64,000 nucleotides of DNA, taken from Luteibacter yeojuensis. GTDB lineage: Bacteria > Pseudomonadota > Gammaproteobacteria > Xanthomonadales > Rhodanobacteraceae. Under the pieces are notes generated by a model. That model saw nothing but the letters and a program-made list of their open reading frames with translations, did no database searches and was not told where the DNA came from. Made by a program: the position numbers and the translations under genes. The stretch lies in assembly GCF_000964085.1 (NCBI RefSeq), contig NZ_JZRB01000029.1, positions 36,397-100,396 on the forward strand, written 5' to 3'. Every line of letters starts with the position of its first letter. Within the stretch, counting starts at the first letter, position 1. Positions 36,576-46,535 of this stretch are shown here, in pieces.

Positions 36576-37589
36576 TTAGAGCCTCGTGGTGCCGCGTGGA
36601 ACCAGGCGGCATGGCACCGTGATGCGCGGGTTGGCGGGTTCGTCCACGAGCAGCTCCACGCTACCCCGCGCCAGTGCCTCCATGTCCTGGTGGAACGTGG
36701 TGAGCTCGTACGCGCGCCACCCGGCCATCGGGATATCGTCGAAGCCCACCACCTGGATATCGCCGGGCACGCTGAGTCCGAACGCCTGGCGGATGGCATC
36801 CATGGCGCCCAGCGCGACAAGGTCGTTGACGCAGAACATGCCGTCCGGGCGGCTGCCGGCCGACAGCAGCTCGACGGCCGCGGCATGGCCTTCCTCGTAG
36901 CTGAAGCCGGCGAGCACGCGCTCGGGTTTCCGCCGGCCCCGCTCCTCGAGGCGCTTGAGGAAGCCGCGCTCACGCTCGCTCTGCGCCTGGCTGTCGCGTC
37001 CCGCGAGGTAGGCGATGCGCTTGCAACCACCGTCGACCAGCACGTCGGCCGCGACGCCGCCGGCGGCGCGGTTGTCGGTGGAAACCGTGCGCATGTTGCC
37101 CACCCGCTTGGAATTCACCGCGACGATGGGAATGCCGGCGCTTTCCAGCTTCCGCGCGACCTTTGCCGAATGGATCGCCATGGCGCTGATCACGCCATCG
37201 ATGCGGTAGCGGGAGAGCTCGCCCACGATGTCGTTGAGGTTGTCGTCGCTGGCCGTGTCTACCAGCATGATCTCCAGCCGGCGCTCGCGCAGCAGCCCGG
37301 TAACGCAGCGCAGGAACTCGGTGAAGAACGGGTTGTAGAAGCCACCCACCACCACCGCGATGATGCCGGAACGCCCCGTCTGCAGGATGCCCGGCAGCGC
37401 GTTGGGGCGGTAGTTGAGCTCGGCGGCGGCTTTCATGACGCGCTCACGCACCGGGGCGGAAACTGCGGCCGCGCCCGCACTGAAGACGCGCGACACCGTG
37501 GACTGCGAGACCCCGGCAAGGCGCGCGACGGCGGTGGACGAAGCCTGGGGGCGCGTGGCGCCAGGCGGGTTCGGCGGGGTGCGTGACAT
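36576..37589 (-). CDS. LacI-family transcriptional regulator.
   Basis: An N-terminal HTH 'VARLAGVSQSTVSRVF' and a periplasmic-binding-fold C-terminus. It is divergent from the PQQ dehydrogenase gene. Confidence 0.8.
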   Translation of the reverse strand: MSRTPPNPPGATRPQASSTAVARLAGVSQSTVSRVFSAGAAAVSAPVRERVMKAAAELNYRPNALPGILQTGRSGIIAVVVGGFYNPFFTEFLRCVTGLLRERRLEIMLVDTASDDNLNDIVGELSRYRIDGVISAMAIHSAKVARKLESAGIPIVAVNSKRVGNMRTVSTDNRAAGGVAADVLVDGGCKRIAYLAGRDSQAQSERERGFLKRLEERGRRKPERVLAGFSYEEGHAAAVELLSAGSRPDGMFCVNDLVALGAMDAIRQAFGLSVPGDIQVVGFDDIPMAGWRAYELTTFHQDMEALARGSVELLVDEPANPRITVPCRLVPRGTTRL

Positions 37590-37697
37590 GTGACGAGGTT
37601 AGCATTTCCTTGCCTACGAACCTTCTCAGGCGTATCGTTGAATAGCTATGCAGGGGCGTAACGCCTCCCCTCTATCCACTCCTCAACGAGGAACGAC

Positions 37698-40163
37698 ATG
37701 AACACATACGAAGGTGCCCTCGCACGCTGGGGCAGGCGTTTGCTTGCGCTCGTGCTGGGCGTATTTGGCCTCTTCATGGTCATCGGCGGCGTCCAGCTGA
37801 TCACCCTTGCCGGCAACTGGTACTACGCCATCGCCGGCCTGCTCAGCCTGGCCAGCGCCATTGCCCTGGGCCGTCGCCGCACCAGCGCCACGCTCTGGTT
37901 CGGCATCCTTTTCGTCCTTACGCTCGTCTGGACGATCTGGGAAGCGGGCACGGACTACTGGGGCTGGGTGCCGCGTTTCGCGCTCATGCTCATCTTCGCC
38001 ATCTGGTTCTCGCTGCTGCTGACGAACCTTCACCACGGCCTGTCGCGCGCCACCGCCCGCGCAGCCACCACCGTGCTCGTGCTCGCCTTCCTCGTGGCCG
38101 GTGGCCTGGCGTTCGTGCCGCACCATGTCACGCCGGCGAGCAACATGCCGGCCGCGGGCGCCGACCCGTTCGTGGCCGACACCGGCCCGAGCACCGAGAG
38201 TGGCATCCCCTCCACCGACTGGCCCGCCTACGGTGGCAACCAGGCGGCGCAGCGCTACACCTCGGCCACGCAGATCACCCCGGCCAACGTGAAAGACCTG
38301 AAGGTGGCGTGGACCGCCCAGGTGGGCGACGTGCCGACCGATACGCGCTGGGGCGTGCAGAACACCCCGCTGAAGATCGGCAACATGCTGTATGTGTGCG
38401 GCTACCTCAACAAGGTGGAAGCGCTGGACGCCGCCACGGGCGAAAAGAAGTGGGAATTCGACCCGGGCATCACGCCCAAGTCGGTGCCCTACACCCCGTC
38501 GTGCCGCTCGATGAGCTTCTGGCAGGACCCGGCCAGCACCACGGCTGCGGCCACCACCGGCACGCCCGATGCCGCCGCGCCCGCCACCGCGGCCGGCGCC
38601 ATGTGTGGCCGCCGCATCATCGTCGGCACGCTCGACGCCCGCGTCATCGAACTCGATGCGCAGACCGGCAAGCGCTGCACCGACTTCGGCACCAACGGCG
38701 AAGTGAGCCTCACCGTCGACATGGGCAAGGTCTACCACGGCTACGTGGCCATCACCTCGCCGCCTGTCGTCATCCGCGACACCATTGTCGTGGGCCACAC
38801 CACGGTCGACGGCCAGCGCGCGTTCGGCCCCGCCGGCGTCACCAAGGCGTACAACGTCAAGACGGGTGAGCTGAAGTGGGCATGGGATGCGGCCGACCCG
38901 ATGAACCCGGCCCCGCGCCAGGGCGACGACCTGTACAAGCGCGGTTCGCCCGATGTGTGGACCTCGTTCACCGGTGACAACAAGCTGGGCCTCGTCTTCC
39001 TGCCGGTGGCCAACGCCTCGGGCGATTACTACTCCAGCAGCCGCACGCCGGACGAGCTGAAGTACTCACCGTCGCTGACCGCGCTGGATGTCGAAACCGG
39101 CATGCCGCGCTGGACGTTCCAGAACACGCACCACGACGTGTGGGACTACGACCCGGGCTCGCCGCCCACTCTGCTCGACTACCCGCAGGCCGATGGCACC
39201 AAGGTGCCGGCGATCATCTTCCCGACGAAGAACGGCGAGTTCTACGTGCTCAACCGCGAGACCGGCAAATCGCTGTTCGGTGTCGAAGAGCGCCCGGTGC
39301 CGCAGGGCGGCCTGGAGCCGGCCGCGCGCAGCGCCACGCAACCGTTCTCGAAGTTCAACTCGGTGGCCCAACCGGACCTGAAGCCCGAGAACATGTGGGG
39401 CATCACGCCGCTCGACCAGTTGGTGTGCCGCATCCAGTTCGCGCAGGCCGACTACCGCGGCAAGTTCACGCCGCCGGATACCAAGCACCCGATCATCGAC
39501 TACCCGGGCTACAACGGTGGCGTCGACTGGGGTGGCGTGTCGTTCGACCCGGCTCGCGGCGTCATCATCGCGAACTACAACGACATGCCTAACTACGTGA
39601 AGCTCGTGACCCGCGCCGAAGCCGACAAGCGCGGCTGGAAGGCCCGTGACATCCTCAACGACCCGGTGCAGGAAGCGCGTGCCGAAGGCGCGGGCGATCC
39701 GCAGGAAGGCATCCCTGTAGCGGTGGACGTCAACGCCGGCTGGCAGCTACCCGCCACGGGCATGCTCTGCAAGGAGCCGCCGTACGGTGGCATCCGCGCC
39801 ATCGATATCCGCGACGGCCGCACCGTATGGGACCGCCCGTTCGGCACCGCGCGTGAGAACGGCCCGTTCGGCCTGCCCACCGGCCTGCCGATCCAGATCG
39901 GTACGCCGAACAACGGCGGCTCGGTCATCACGAAGTCGGGCCTGGTGTTCATCGCCGCGGCTACCGACAACCTGATCCGCGCCATCGACATCACGACGGG
40001 CGAGACGATCTGGTCGGCGCCGCTGCCGGCGGGTGCCCAGGCGATGCCGATGGTGTACGAGCAGGATGGCCGTGAGTTCGTGGTCATCACGGCCACGGGC
40101 CACCACTTCATGCATACCCCGAAGGGCAACTTCGTCGTCGCGTACGCGCTGCCGAAGCACTAA
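37698..40163 (+). CDS. Membrane-bound PQQ-dependent dehydrogenase, glucose/quinate dehydrogenase family.
   Basis: Five N-terminal TM helices, then β-propeller PQQ repeats ('W..D...G...W', 'DG..VPAIIFPTKNGEFYVLNRETGK'). It is an 821 aa protein. Confidence 0.8.
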   Translation: MNTYEGALARWGRRLLALVLGVFGLFMVIGGVQLITLAGNWYYAIAGLLSLASAIALGRRRTSATLWFGILFVLTLVWTIWEAGTDYWGWVPRFALMLIFAIWFSLLLTNLHHGLSRATARAATTVLVLAFLVAGGLAFVPHHVTPASNMPAAGADPFVADTGPSTESGIPSTDWPAYGGNQAAQRYTSATQITPANVKDLKVAWTAQVGDVPTDTRWGVQNTPLKIGNMLYVCGYLNKVEALDAATGEKKWEFDPGITPKSVPYTPSCRSMSFWQDPASTTAAATTGTPDAAAPATAAGAMCGRRIIVGTLDARVIELDAQTGKRCTDFGTNGEVSLTVDMGKVYHGYVAITSPPVVIRDTIVVGHTTVDGQRAFGPAGVTKAYNVKTGELKWAWDAADPMNPAPRQGDDLYKRGSPDVWTSFTGDNKLGLVFLPVANASGDYYSSSRTPDELKYSPSLTALDVETGMPRWTFQNTHHDVWDYDPGSPPTLLDYPQADGTKVPAIIFPTKNGEFYVLNRETGKSLFGVEERPVPQGGLEPAARSATQPFSKFNSVAQPDLKPENMWGITPLDQLVCRIQFAQADYRGKFTPPDTKHPIIDYPGYNGGVDWGGVSFDPARGVIIANYNDMPNYVKLVTRAEADKRGWKARDILNDPVQEARAEGAGDPQEGIPVAVDVNAGWQLPATGMLCKEPPYGGIRAIDIRDGRTVWDRPFGTARENGPFGLPTGLPIQIGTPNNGGSVITKSGLVFIAAATDNLIRAIDITTGETIWSAPLPAGAQAMPMVYEQDGREFVVITATGHHFMHTPKGNFVVAYALPKH

Positions 40164-40183
40164 GCACAAGGCTTGGGAAGAAC

Positions 40184-40228
40184 GCCCCGGCGGCCAGGCA
40201 CATGCCTGGTCGCCGGAGCGTTTTTTTA
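40184..40228 (+). terminator. Rho-independent terminator after the PQQ dehydrogenase gene.
   Basis: GC-rich stem CCGGCGGCCAGGCA-catg-TGCCTGGTCGCCGG followed by TTTTTTTAT. Confidence 0.7.
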
Positions 40229-40249
40229 TGCGTTCGCGCACCGCCCTAA

Positions 40250-40310
40250 CTGTGGGAGCCAGCTTGCTGGCGATGCTTCTTTACCGGTTCATTCGCGAAC
40301 GCGAATGAAC
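40250..40310. repeat. REP-like palindromic element, CTGTGGGAGCCAGCTTGCTGGCGATGC...GGTTCATTCGCGAACGCGAATGAACC. It is a copy of the unit at 36485–36545 in reverse orientation.
   Basis: Direct comparison with 36485–36545. The 'GGAGCCAGCTTGCTGGCGA' core resembles Pseudomonas/Xanthomonas REP. Confidence 0.6.
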
Positions 40311-40360
40311 CGATGCCACGCACGCGGCTAACCCGATGGTTCGCGTAGACCCTTACTTCG

Positions 40361-41086
40361 CTAACGCTTCGCCACGTACCCCTTACGCGCCATCGTTGCC
40401 TCAACCGCGGCCTCGACATCCGCGATGACCTTCGCCAGCGGCTGGTCCGCATCGATGTCGACGACATGCGCGCCGCTGTACTTCAGCAGTGGTGTCACTT
40501 CGATCTTGCGCCGCAGGGCGTCGCGGCGATGGTCGGGCTTGCGCTGGCACGCGACATCGAGGCTGACGTTGAGGCGAAGCACCAGGTCGGGCCTGTAGCC
40601 CGCCATCCAGTCGAACACCTTGCGCTCATGGCGTGCCATGCGCACGACGGCCCACGAGCCTTGCGTGGTGTCGGGGAAGCCGGGGCCGTCGTAGGCACCG
40701 GGGATCTCCACCTGCGGGAAGCGATCGGTGACGACGATGAGGCCGCGTTTGCGCATGGCCAGCATGCGCTTGAAGCGGCGCTGGCGGCGCAGGGTGAACG
40801 CACTGATGACCAGCGAGGGCAGGAATTCCGGCTGCTTGCCGTCCTTGATGCGATCGTTGACGCCATCGGATTTGCGGCGGATGAGGCGATCGATGGCAGG
40901 CCCGATGAGCGGCCACCTTGCCATCGCCCGGCCGATGTTGCCTGACTGCTTGCCGAGATGCGCCTGCCCGGCGGGGCCATAGCGGGTGATCCACTGGGCG
41001 ACGTGTTCGGACACGGTCGATTTGCCCGAGCCATCGGTACCGATGATGGCGATGAGGGGCGCGAGGGTGTCAGCGTTCGCCGGCAT
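40361..41086 (-). CDS. P-loop nucleotide-kinase-like protein (Tmk/CoaE-like), paralog 1 of 3.
   Basis: Walker A 'IIGTDGSGKSTV' and 'VVTDRFPQVE' (DR[YF] motif), 241 aa. Confidence 0.55.
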   Translation of the reverse strand: MPANADTLAPLIAIIGTDGSGKSTVSEHVAQWITRYGPAGQAHLGKQSGNIGRAMARWPLIGPAIDRLIRRKSDGVNDRIKDGKQPEFLPSLVISAFTLRRQRRFKRMLAMRKRGLIVVTDRFPQVEIPGAYDGPGFPDTTQGSWAVVRMARHERKVFDWMAGYRPDLVLRLNVSLDVACQRKPDHRRDALRRKIEVTPLLKYSGAHVVDIDADQPLAKVIADVEAAVEATMARKGYVAKR

Positions 41087-41197
41087 GCATGTTCCACGTT
41101 CAAGAGGGAGTCAAAACGCCTCGCTGCGTGGACGAACCCGCCAGCCGGGGCATAACATAACTGTCATCTTAAGCAATCAAGCCACGGTAGGCCTAGC

Positions 41198-41914
41198 GTG
41201 TCGCAACGCCCCCCACCCTCTTCCCGCCTGCCCATCATCGCCCTAACCGGTTGCGATGGCTCGGGAAAATCCACGCTGGCGGCCGGCCTTGTCGACCACC
41301 TCGGCCGCTCCGTGCGCGTCGAGCAGGTGTACCTGGGCCAGGCCTCGGGGCGCATCGGCGAGTGGGTTCGCGGGTTGCCGCTCATCGGTGGGCCCGTGGG
41401 CCGTTACCTTGTCGGCAAGTCCGACAAGGTGCATGACAAGCCGAAGCTCGCGCCGGGCGCCGTCACCGCGCTGGCCATCTACCTGCTATCGCGCGGGCGT
41501 GCCCGCCATCTCCGCCGCGCGCTTGCGCTTTGCGAAGCCGGCACCGTGGTGGTCACCGACCGCTACCCGCAGGATGAAGTGCCTGGCTTCCTGTTCGACG
41601 GCCCGGAGCTTGCGAAGACCACCGGCGGCAGCTGGTGGGTGCGTTGGCTGCGCGAGCGCGAGCGCCGCCTTTACGCATGGATGGTGGGCTACGTGCCCGC
41701 GCTTGTCATCCGCCTCAACGTGGATGAGGCCACCGCGCACGCGCGCAAGCCCGACCACAAGCTCTCGTCGCTGCGGGCCAAGATCGCCACCCTACCCGGC
41801 CTCACGTTCAACGGCGCAAGCATCCTCGACCTTGATGGGCGCGATAGCGCACCCCATGTGCTGGATGCCGCATTGCGCGCCGCGCACGCGGCACTCGCCC
41901 CAGCGCCGCACTGA
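41198..41914 (+). CDS. P-loop nucleotide-kinase-like protein, paralog 2.
   Basis: 'IALTGCDGSGKSTLA' and 'VVTDRYPQDE'. It aligns colinearly with paralogs 1 and 3. Confidence 0.55.
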   Translation: MSQRPPPSSRLPIIALTGCDGSGKSTLAAGLVDHLGRSVRVEQVYLGQASGRIGEWVRGLPLIGGPVGRYLVGKSDKVHDKPKLAPGAVTALAIYLLSRGRARHLRRALALCEAGTVVVTDRYPQDEVPGFLFDGPELAKTTGGSWWVRWLRERERRLYAWMVGYVPALVIRLNVDEATAHARKPDHKLSSLRAKIATLPGLTFNGASILDLDGRDSAPHVLDAALRAAHAALAPAPH

Positions 41915-41921
41915 ACGCCCC

Positions 41922-42650
41922 ATGGACATGCCTAGCCAAGACGCCCCGTTCCCGCCTGTCGCCGGCCTCATCGCCGTCGTCGGTTGCGATGGCACGGGCA
42001 AATCGACCATCACGCACGAACTCGTGGCGCGCCTCGCGCCGCGCACGCGCGTGGTGCGCCGTTACCTGGGGCTTATTTCCGGCGAGAGCGGCGCGAAGAT
42101 CAAGGAGCTGCCGCTCATCGGCCCGCGCCTTGAAAAGCGCCTGGCCGCCAAGGCCGCGCACGCACAGGACATGAAGAACGCCGCGCCCGGGTTCTGGGGC
42201 GCGCTCATCATGGTGGGCCTCTCCTACTGGCGCGCCGCGCACCTGCGCCGCGTCTGCCGCCTGGCCGAATCGGGCACGCTCGTCATCACCGATCGCTACC
42301 CGCAAGCCGAGGCCAGCGGTTTCCGCTACGACGGCCCCGGCCTGGGCGTGGCGCGCAGCAACTCGTGGCTGGTGCGCAAGCTGGCCGAACGCGAGGTGCG
42401 CCTGTACCAGCGCATGGCGCGCTACCGCCCCAGCCTCGTCATCAAGCTCAACATCGACGTGGCCACGGCGTATGCGCGCAAGCCCGACCACAGCCGCTCG
42501 GAACTCGCCGACAAGATCGCCGTGATGGCGCGCCTGCGTTACAACGGCGCGCCGCTGGTCGAGATCGATACGCGCGCGCCGCTCGCCGACGTGCTGCACC
42601 ACGCGCTGGATGCCGTCACGCGTGCCACCCCTGCCCTCGAGACGCCATGA
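41922..42650 (+). CDS. P-loop nucleotide-kinase-like protein, paralog 3. It is the internal segment of ORF-track entry 41256..42650, whose upstream part is an out-of-frame artefact over paralog 2.
   Basis: 'VVGCDGTGKSTI' and 'VITDRYPQAE'. ATG at 41922, 8 bp after the stop of paralog 2. Confidence 0.55.
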   Translation: MDMPSQDAPFPPVAGLIAVVGCDGTGKSTITHELVARLAPRTRVVRRYLGLISGESGAKIKELPLIGPRLEKRLAAKAAHAQDMKNAAPGFWGALIMVGLSYWRAAHLRRVCRLAESGTLVITDRYPQAEASGFRYDGPGLGVARSNSWLVRKLAEREVRLYQRMARYRPSLVIKLNIDVATAYARKPDHSRSELADKIAVMARLRYNGAPLVEIDTRAPLADVLHHALDAVTRATPALETP

Positions 42651-43402
42651 ACACCACACCGATGGAAACCCCGCAGGCGCCGCTGTGGCGCCGGTTGCTG
42701 ATCCGCGGCGGCAAGCGTTTCCTGCGCTGGAGCGGCGATTTCGAGGCGAAGCATTCGCTGGTGGCCACCACGCCCGTGCTCGACAACGGCACGTTCGACT
42801 GGGTGCCCCGCCTGGAAGCCGCATGGCCCGAGATCCGCGCCGAACTCGACCATATCCTCGAGCACCCCGAGGACATCCCGGCTTTCCATCAGATATCCCC
42901 CGACCAGAAGCGCATCTCCAAGGGCGATAACTGGAAAACCTTTGGTTTCTACGTCTACGGCAAGCGCGTGGACGAGAACTGCGCCGTGTGCCCCAGGACG
43001 GCCGCCGTACTCGATACGCTGCCCGGCATGCGCAGCGCGATGTTCTCGATCCTGAAGCCCGGGTACCACATCGCCCCCCACAAGGGGCCCACCCGGGCGG
43101 TCATCCGGGCCCACCTCGGCGTCATGGTGCCGAAAGACTGGCGTAACGTTTGGATCAGGGTCCACGACCAGTTCCTGCACTGGCACGAGGGCAAGGTCGT
43201 GCTATTCGACGACAGTTATGAGCACGAGGTTAAGAACGACACGGACGAGCTCCGGGCCGTGCTTTTCATCGATATCGACCGCCCCATGGACAAGCTCGGA
43301 ACCGCCTTTAACCGATTGATTTTCTGGCTTATCCAGGCATCGCCGTATGTGCGCCAGCCGCTGAAGAACATCCAGGCCTGGGGCCGTGCCAGGGGCCGGT
43401 GA
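42647..43402 (+). CDS. Aspartyl/asparaginyl β-hydroxylase-family Fe(II)/2OG dioxygenase, LpxO/OlsC-like lipid hydroxylase.
   Basis: 'SILKPGYHIAPHKGP' and a later His, matching the Asp β-hydroxylase His-x-Asp...His region. ATGA coupling to paralog 3 of the kinases. Confidence 0.6.
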   Translation: MNTTPMETPQAPLWRRLLIRGGKRFLRWSGDFEAKHSLVATTPVLDNGTFDWVPRLEAAWPEIRAELDHILEHPEDIPAFHQISPDQKRISKGDNWKTFGFYVYGKRVDENCAVCPRTAAVLDTLPGMRSAMFSILKPGYHIAPHKGPTRAVIRAHLGVMVPKDWRNVWIRVHDQFLHWHEGKVVLFDDSYEHEVKNDTDELRAVLFIDIDRPMDKLGTAFNRLIFWLIQASPYVRQPLKNIQAWGRARGR

Positions 43403-43591
43403 TTCGGCTTCCCCTAGGCAGCGGTTCACAAAAAAAATACAATTTTTGCCCTGAAAGACTTGCGAAACTCTGAGTAAATTCTTAGCATACGTCTAATTAG
43501 AGGACCGCTGGGTTTAGTAATGCCCACGTAACACCTCGGTCTTTTTCCGGATCACCGGCGAGACGTTCGCAGAGAAGCAAGCGAAAAGCCC

Positions 43592-45352
43592 ATGAGTGCA
43601 GACGGTTCCATCCCGAATCGTGGCGTCAGCGCCACGCCCACGCACAACACGGTGCCCCTGCGCCGTGCTGACTTCGCGACGCTCGCCGACGCGCTCGATT
43701 ACGCGGCGAAGGGTGTCACGGGTGCGAATTTCCATGCCGGCGGCAAGCTGGTCACAGCCATGCCCTATCGCGCCCTGCGCGTGCAGGCCATGGACCTGGC
43801 CCGCCGCCTCGCATCGCTGGCCTTGCCGCGCGGTTCGCGCGTCGCCATCGTCGCGGAAACCTCGCCCGAATTCGTCAGGTTCTTCTTCGCCTGCCAGTAC
43901 ATCGGCCTCGTGCCGGTGGCGCTGCCGTCGACGATCAACCTGGGCGGCCACGATGCCTTCGTGCACAAGATGCGCGGCATGCTCGAAGCGTGCGGCGCCG
44001 CCGTGGCCGTGGCGTCGGAGTCGTTCCAGCGTTTCCTCGAGGAAGCCGTGCGCGGCCTCGACATCGTGATGTGGGGCGAGCCGTCGGCCTTCGATAGCCT
44101 GCCGCTCGACAGCGCGCCGCTGCAGCCCACCGGCGAAGACGAAGTGGCCTACCTGCAGTTCACCTCGGGCAGCACCGGCACGCCCAAGGCGGCGGTGATC
44201 ACCGAGCGCGCGCTGATGGCCAACCTGCGTGGCTCCAGCGACGATGGCCTGGCGTTGCGCGACGACGATCGCTTCGTGTCGTGGCTGCCGTTCTACCATG
44301 ACATGGGCCTGGTCGGCTGCCTGCTCACCGTGATGGCCGCGCAGCGCTCCATCGACTACCTCGATACGCGCGAATTCGCGATGCGCCCGCGCCGCTGGCT
44401 CGAACTCATGAGCCAGTCGAAGGCCACCATCGCCTACAGCCCGCCGTTCGGCTACGACATGTGCGCGCGCCGCGTGCGCCCGGGCGACATCGCCTCGTAC
44501 GATCTCTCGCACTGGCGTGCCGCCGGCATCGGTGCCGAGCCGATCATGCCGAACGTGCCCGCGCGTTTCGCCGAGCTGCTCGCGCCTGCCGGCTTCGACG
44601 CGAAGGCGTTCGTGCCGTCCTATGGCATGGCCGAAGCGTCGCTGGCCGTCAGCTTCGCACCGGTGGGCCGTGGCGTCGTCGTCGACTGGCTCGACCCCGT
44701 CGAGCTATCTGAAAACCTGCGCGCCCGGCCGATGCCGGAGGGCCGCGGCACGCCGTTCGTGCGCTGCGGCGCCGCCATCGCGGGCCACGCCATGGAGATT
44801 CGCGACGACGCGGGCAACGTGCTTGCCGAGCGCCGCGTGGGCCGCATCATGGTGCGTGGCCCCAGCCTCATGTCGGGCTATTTCCTGCAGCCGGCCAAGT
44901 CGGCGCAGGTGCTGTCGGCCGATGGCTGGCTCGATACCGGCGATGTCGGCTACATGGTCGACGGCGAAGTGGCGATCACGGGCCGGCACAAGGACATGAT
45001 CATCATCAACGGCCGCAACATCTGGCCGCAGGATATCGAGCACATCGTGGAACGCCAGCCCGAGCTGCGTTCGCAGGATGCCTCGGCGTTCGGCGTGCCC
45101 GGCGCGAATGGCACCGAGACCGCCGTGGTGGTCGTCCAGTGCAACACCGACGATGTGGCCGTCCGCACCGCCCTCGTGCAGCGCGTGCGCCGCGAGATCT
45201 TCGAGGCCCTGGCCATCGACTGCATCATCGAGCTGGTGCCGCGCCACACGCTGCCACGCACCTCGTCGGGCAAGCTCTCGCGCTCGGCCACGCGTAGCGG
45301 TTACCTCGAGCGCCAGGCACTCATGCAGGTACCGTTGGCCTCTGGGGCGTGA
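43592..45352 (+). CDS. Fatty acyl-AMP ligase / acyl-ACP synthetase (ANL superfamily).
   Basis: 'YLQFTSGSTGTPKAAVIT' (AMP-binding motif I), 'YGMAEA' and 'SSGKLSR'. An AT-rich promoter region lies upstream. Confidence 0.75.
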   Translation: MSADGSIPNRGVSATPTHNTVPLRRADFATLADALDYAAKGVTGANFHAGGKLVTAMPYRALRVQAMDLARRLASLALPRGSRVAIVAETSPEFVRFFFACQYIGLVPVALPSTINLGGHDAFVHKMRGMLEACGAAVAVASESFQRFLEEAVRGLDIVMWGEPSAFDSLPLDSAPLQPTGEDEVAYLQFTSGSTGTPKAAVITERALMANLRGSSDDGLALRDDDRFVSWLPFYHDMGLVGCLLTVMAAQRSIDYLDTREFAMRPRRWLELMSQSKATIAYSPPFGYDMCARRVRPGDIASYDLSHWRAAGIGAEPIMPNVPARFAELLAPAGFDAKAFVPSYGMAEASLAVSFAPVGRGVVVDWLDPVELSENLRARPMPEGRGTPFVRCGAAIAGHAMEIRDDAGNVLAERRVGRIMVRGPSLMSGYFLQPAKSAQVLSADGWLDTGDVGYMVDGEVAITGRHKDMIIINGRNIWPQDIEHIVERQPELRSQDASAFGVPGANGTETAVVVVQCNTDDVAVRTALVQRVRREIFEALAIDCIIELVPRHTLPRTSSGKLSRSATRSGYLERQALMQVPLASGA

Positions 45353-46287
45353 CAACGGTCGCGCTCACGGGCGCCACCGGGTTCATCGGCGCGGCCCTTT
45401 GCGATGCCCTGGTGCAGGCGGGTTACCACGTCCGCGCGTTGTACCGTCCGCGCAATGGCCGGGTGATGCACAGCACGCCCGGCGTGAAATGGGTCGCGGG
45501 TGACCTCGGGGACGATGACGCGCTGGCCGCCCTCGTGCAGGATGCCGAGGTGGTGGTCCATTGCGCGGGCAGTGTCCGCGGGGCCACCCGGGACGCGTTC
45601 GACCGAGTGAACGAACAGGGCACGCTGCGCGTGGCGCAGGCCGCCGTGCGCGGTGGCGCGGCCCGGCGTTTCCTGCTCATCTCGTCGCTGGCCGCGCGCG
45701 AGCCGCAGTTGTCGGATTACTCGCGCAGCAAGCACCTCGGCGAACAGGCGCTGGCCGCGAACGCGGGCGCGATGCAGTGGGCGGCGATCCGCCCGCCTGC
45801 CGTCTACGGCCCCGGCGACAAGGAGATGCTGCCGCTGTTCGAGGGCATGGCCAAGGGCCTGGCGCCGATCCCCGGCGACGGCAAGGGCCGCTTCTCGATG
45901 ATCCACGTGGCGGACCTGGCCTCGGCGGTCTGCGCGTGGGTCGGCCAGCCCGGGGCAAGCGGCGCGATCTACGAGATCGACGACGGCCACCCGCGCGGGT
46001 ACGACTGGGACACGGTGCTCGCCACCGCGTCGGCCGTGTTGCGCGGCGGCGCGCCCATCCGCCGGCTCACCATCCCGGTGCCCGTGCTGCGCACCATCGC
46101 GGCGGTGAACCGCACCGCGGCCCGCGTGTTCGGCTACGCGCCCATGCTGACGCCGGGGAAGGTGCGCGAGGTGACCCACGCCGATTGGGTGGGCCACGAC
46201 AACAACATATTCATGCAAGCGACGGGGTGGCACCCCGTCGTCTCATTCGAACAAGGTCTAGCGGCATTGAGTGGAGTATCCCGGTGA
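45349..46287 (+). CDS. NAD-dependent epimerase/dehydratase (SDR) family protein, a CerR-like ketoreductase candidate.
   Basis: 'VALTGATGFIGAALCDAL' (Rossmann). 4-bp overlap with the FAAL. Confidence 0.7.
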   Translation: MTTVALTGATGFIGAALCDALVQAGYHVRALYRPRNGRVMHSTPGVKWVAGDLGDDDALAALVQDAEVVVHCAGSVRGATRDAFDRVNEQGTLRVAQAAVRGGAARRFLLISSLAAREPQLSDYSRSKHLGEQALAANAGAMQWAAIRPPAVYGPGDKEMLPLFEGMAKGLAPIPGDGKGRFSMIHVADLASAVCAWVGQPGASGAIYEIDDGHPRGYDWDTVLATASAVLRGGAPIRRLTIPVPVLRTIAAVNRTAARVFGYAPMLTPGKVREVTHADWVGHDNNIFMQATGWHPVVSFEQGLAALSGVSR

Positions 46288-46535
46288 ACCATCAGGACGT
46301 CGTGGCACAGCTCGTCGACATCGTCACCCCCATGGCCGAAGGGCGCGTGGCCAACATCACCGCGGACACCGGGCTCACCGGTGAGCTCGCGTTCGATTCG
46401 CTGAAGGTCATGGACCTGATGCTGGCGGTGGAAGACCATTTCGATATTTCCGTGCCGGTGAACGCGCTGGCCGATATCCGCACCGTGGGTGAGCTGGCCA
46501 CGCTTATCGAAACCGTGGCGGGCAAGCACGCATGA
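46284..46535 (+). CDS. Acyl carrier protein, GTG start.
   Basis: 'LAFDSLKVMDLM' carries the DSL phosphopantetheine site. It is an 83 aa protein coupled at both ends. Confidence 0.65.
   Translation: MNHQDVVAQLVDIVTPMAEGRVANITADTGLTGELAFDSLKVMDLMLAVEDHFDISVPVNALADIRTVGELATLIETVAGKHA

Noticed and set aside
37590-37697. A possible LacI operator upstream of the PQQ dehydrogenase gene.
   Set aside because: I could not find a convincing palindromic TG..AACG-type site by eye, so I am not reporting one.
41256-42650. A 464-aa plus-strand ORF spanning two kinase genes.
   Set aside because: Its first 222 codons are an out-of-frame read-through over kinase paralog 2 (Arg/Ser/Pro-rich). The real gene starts at the ATG at 41922, directly after the paralog 2 stop.
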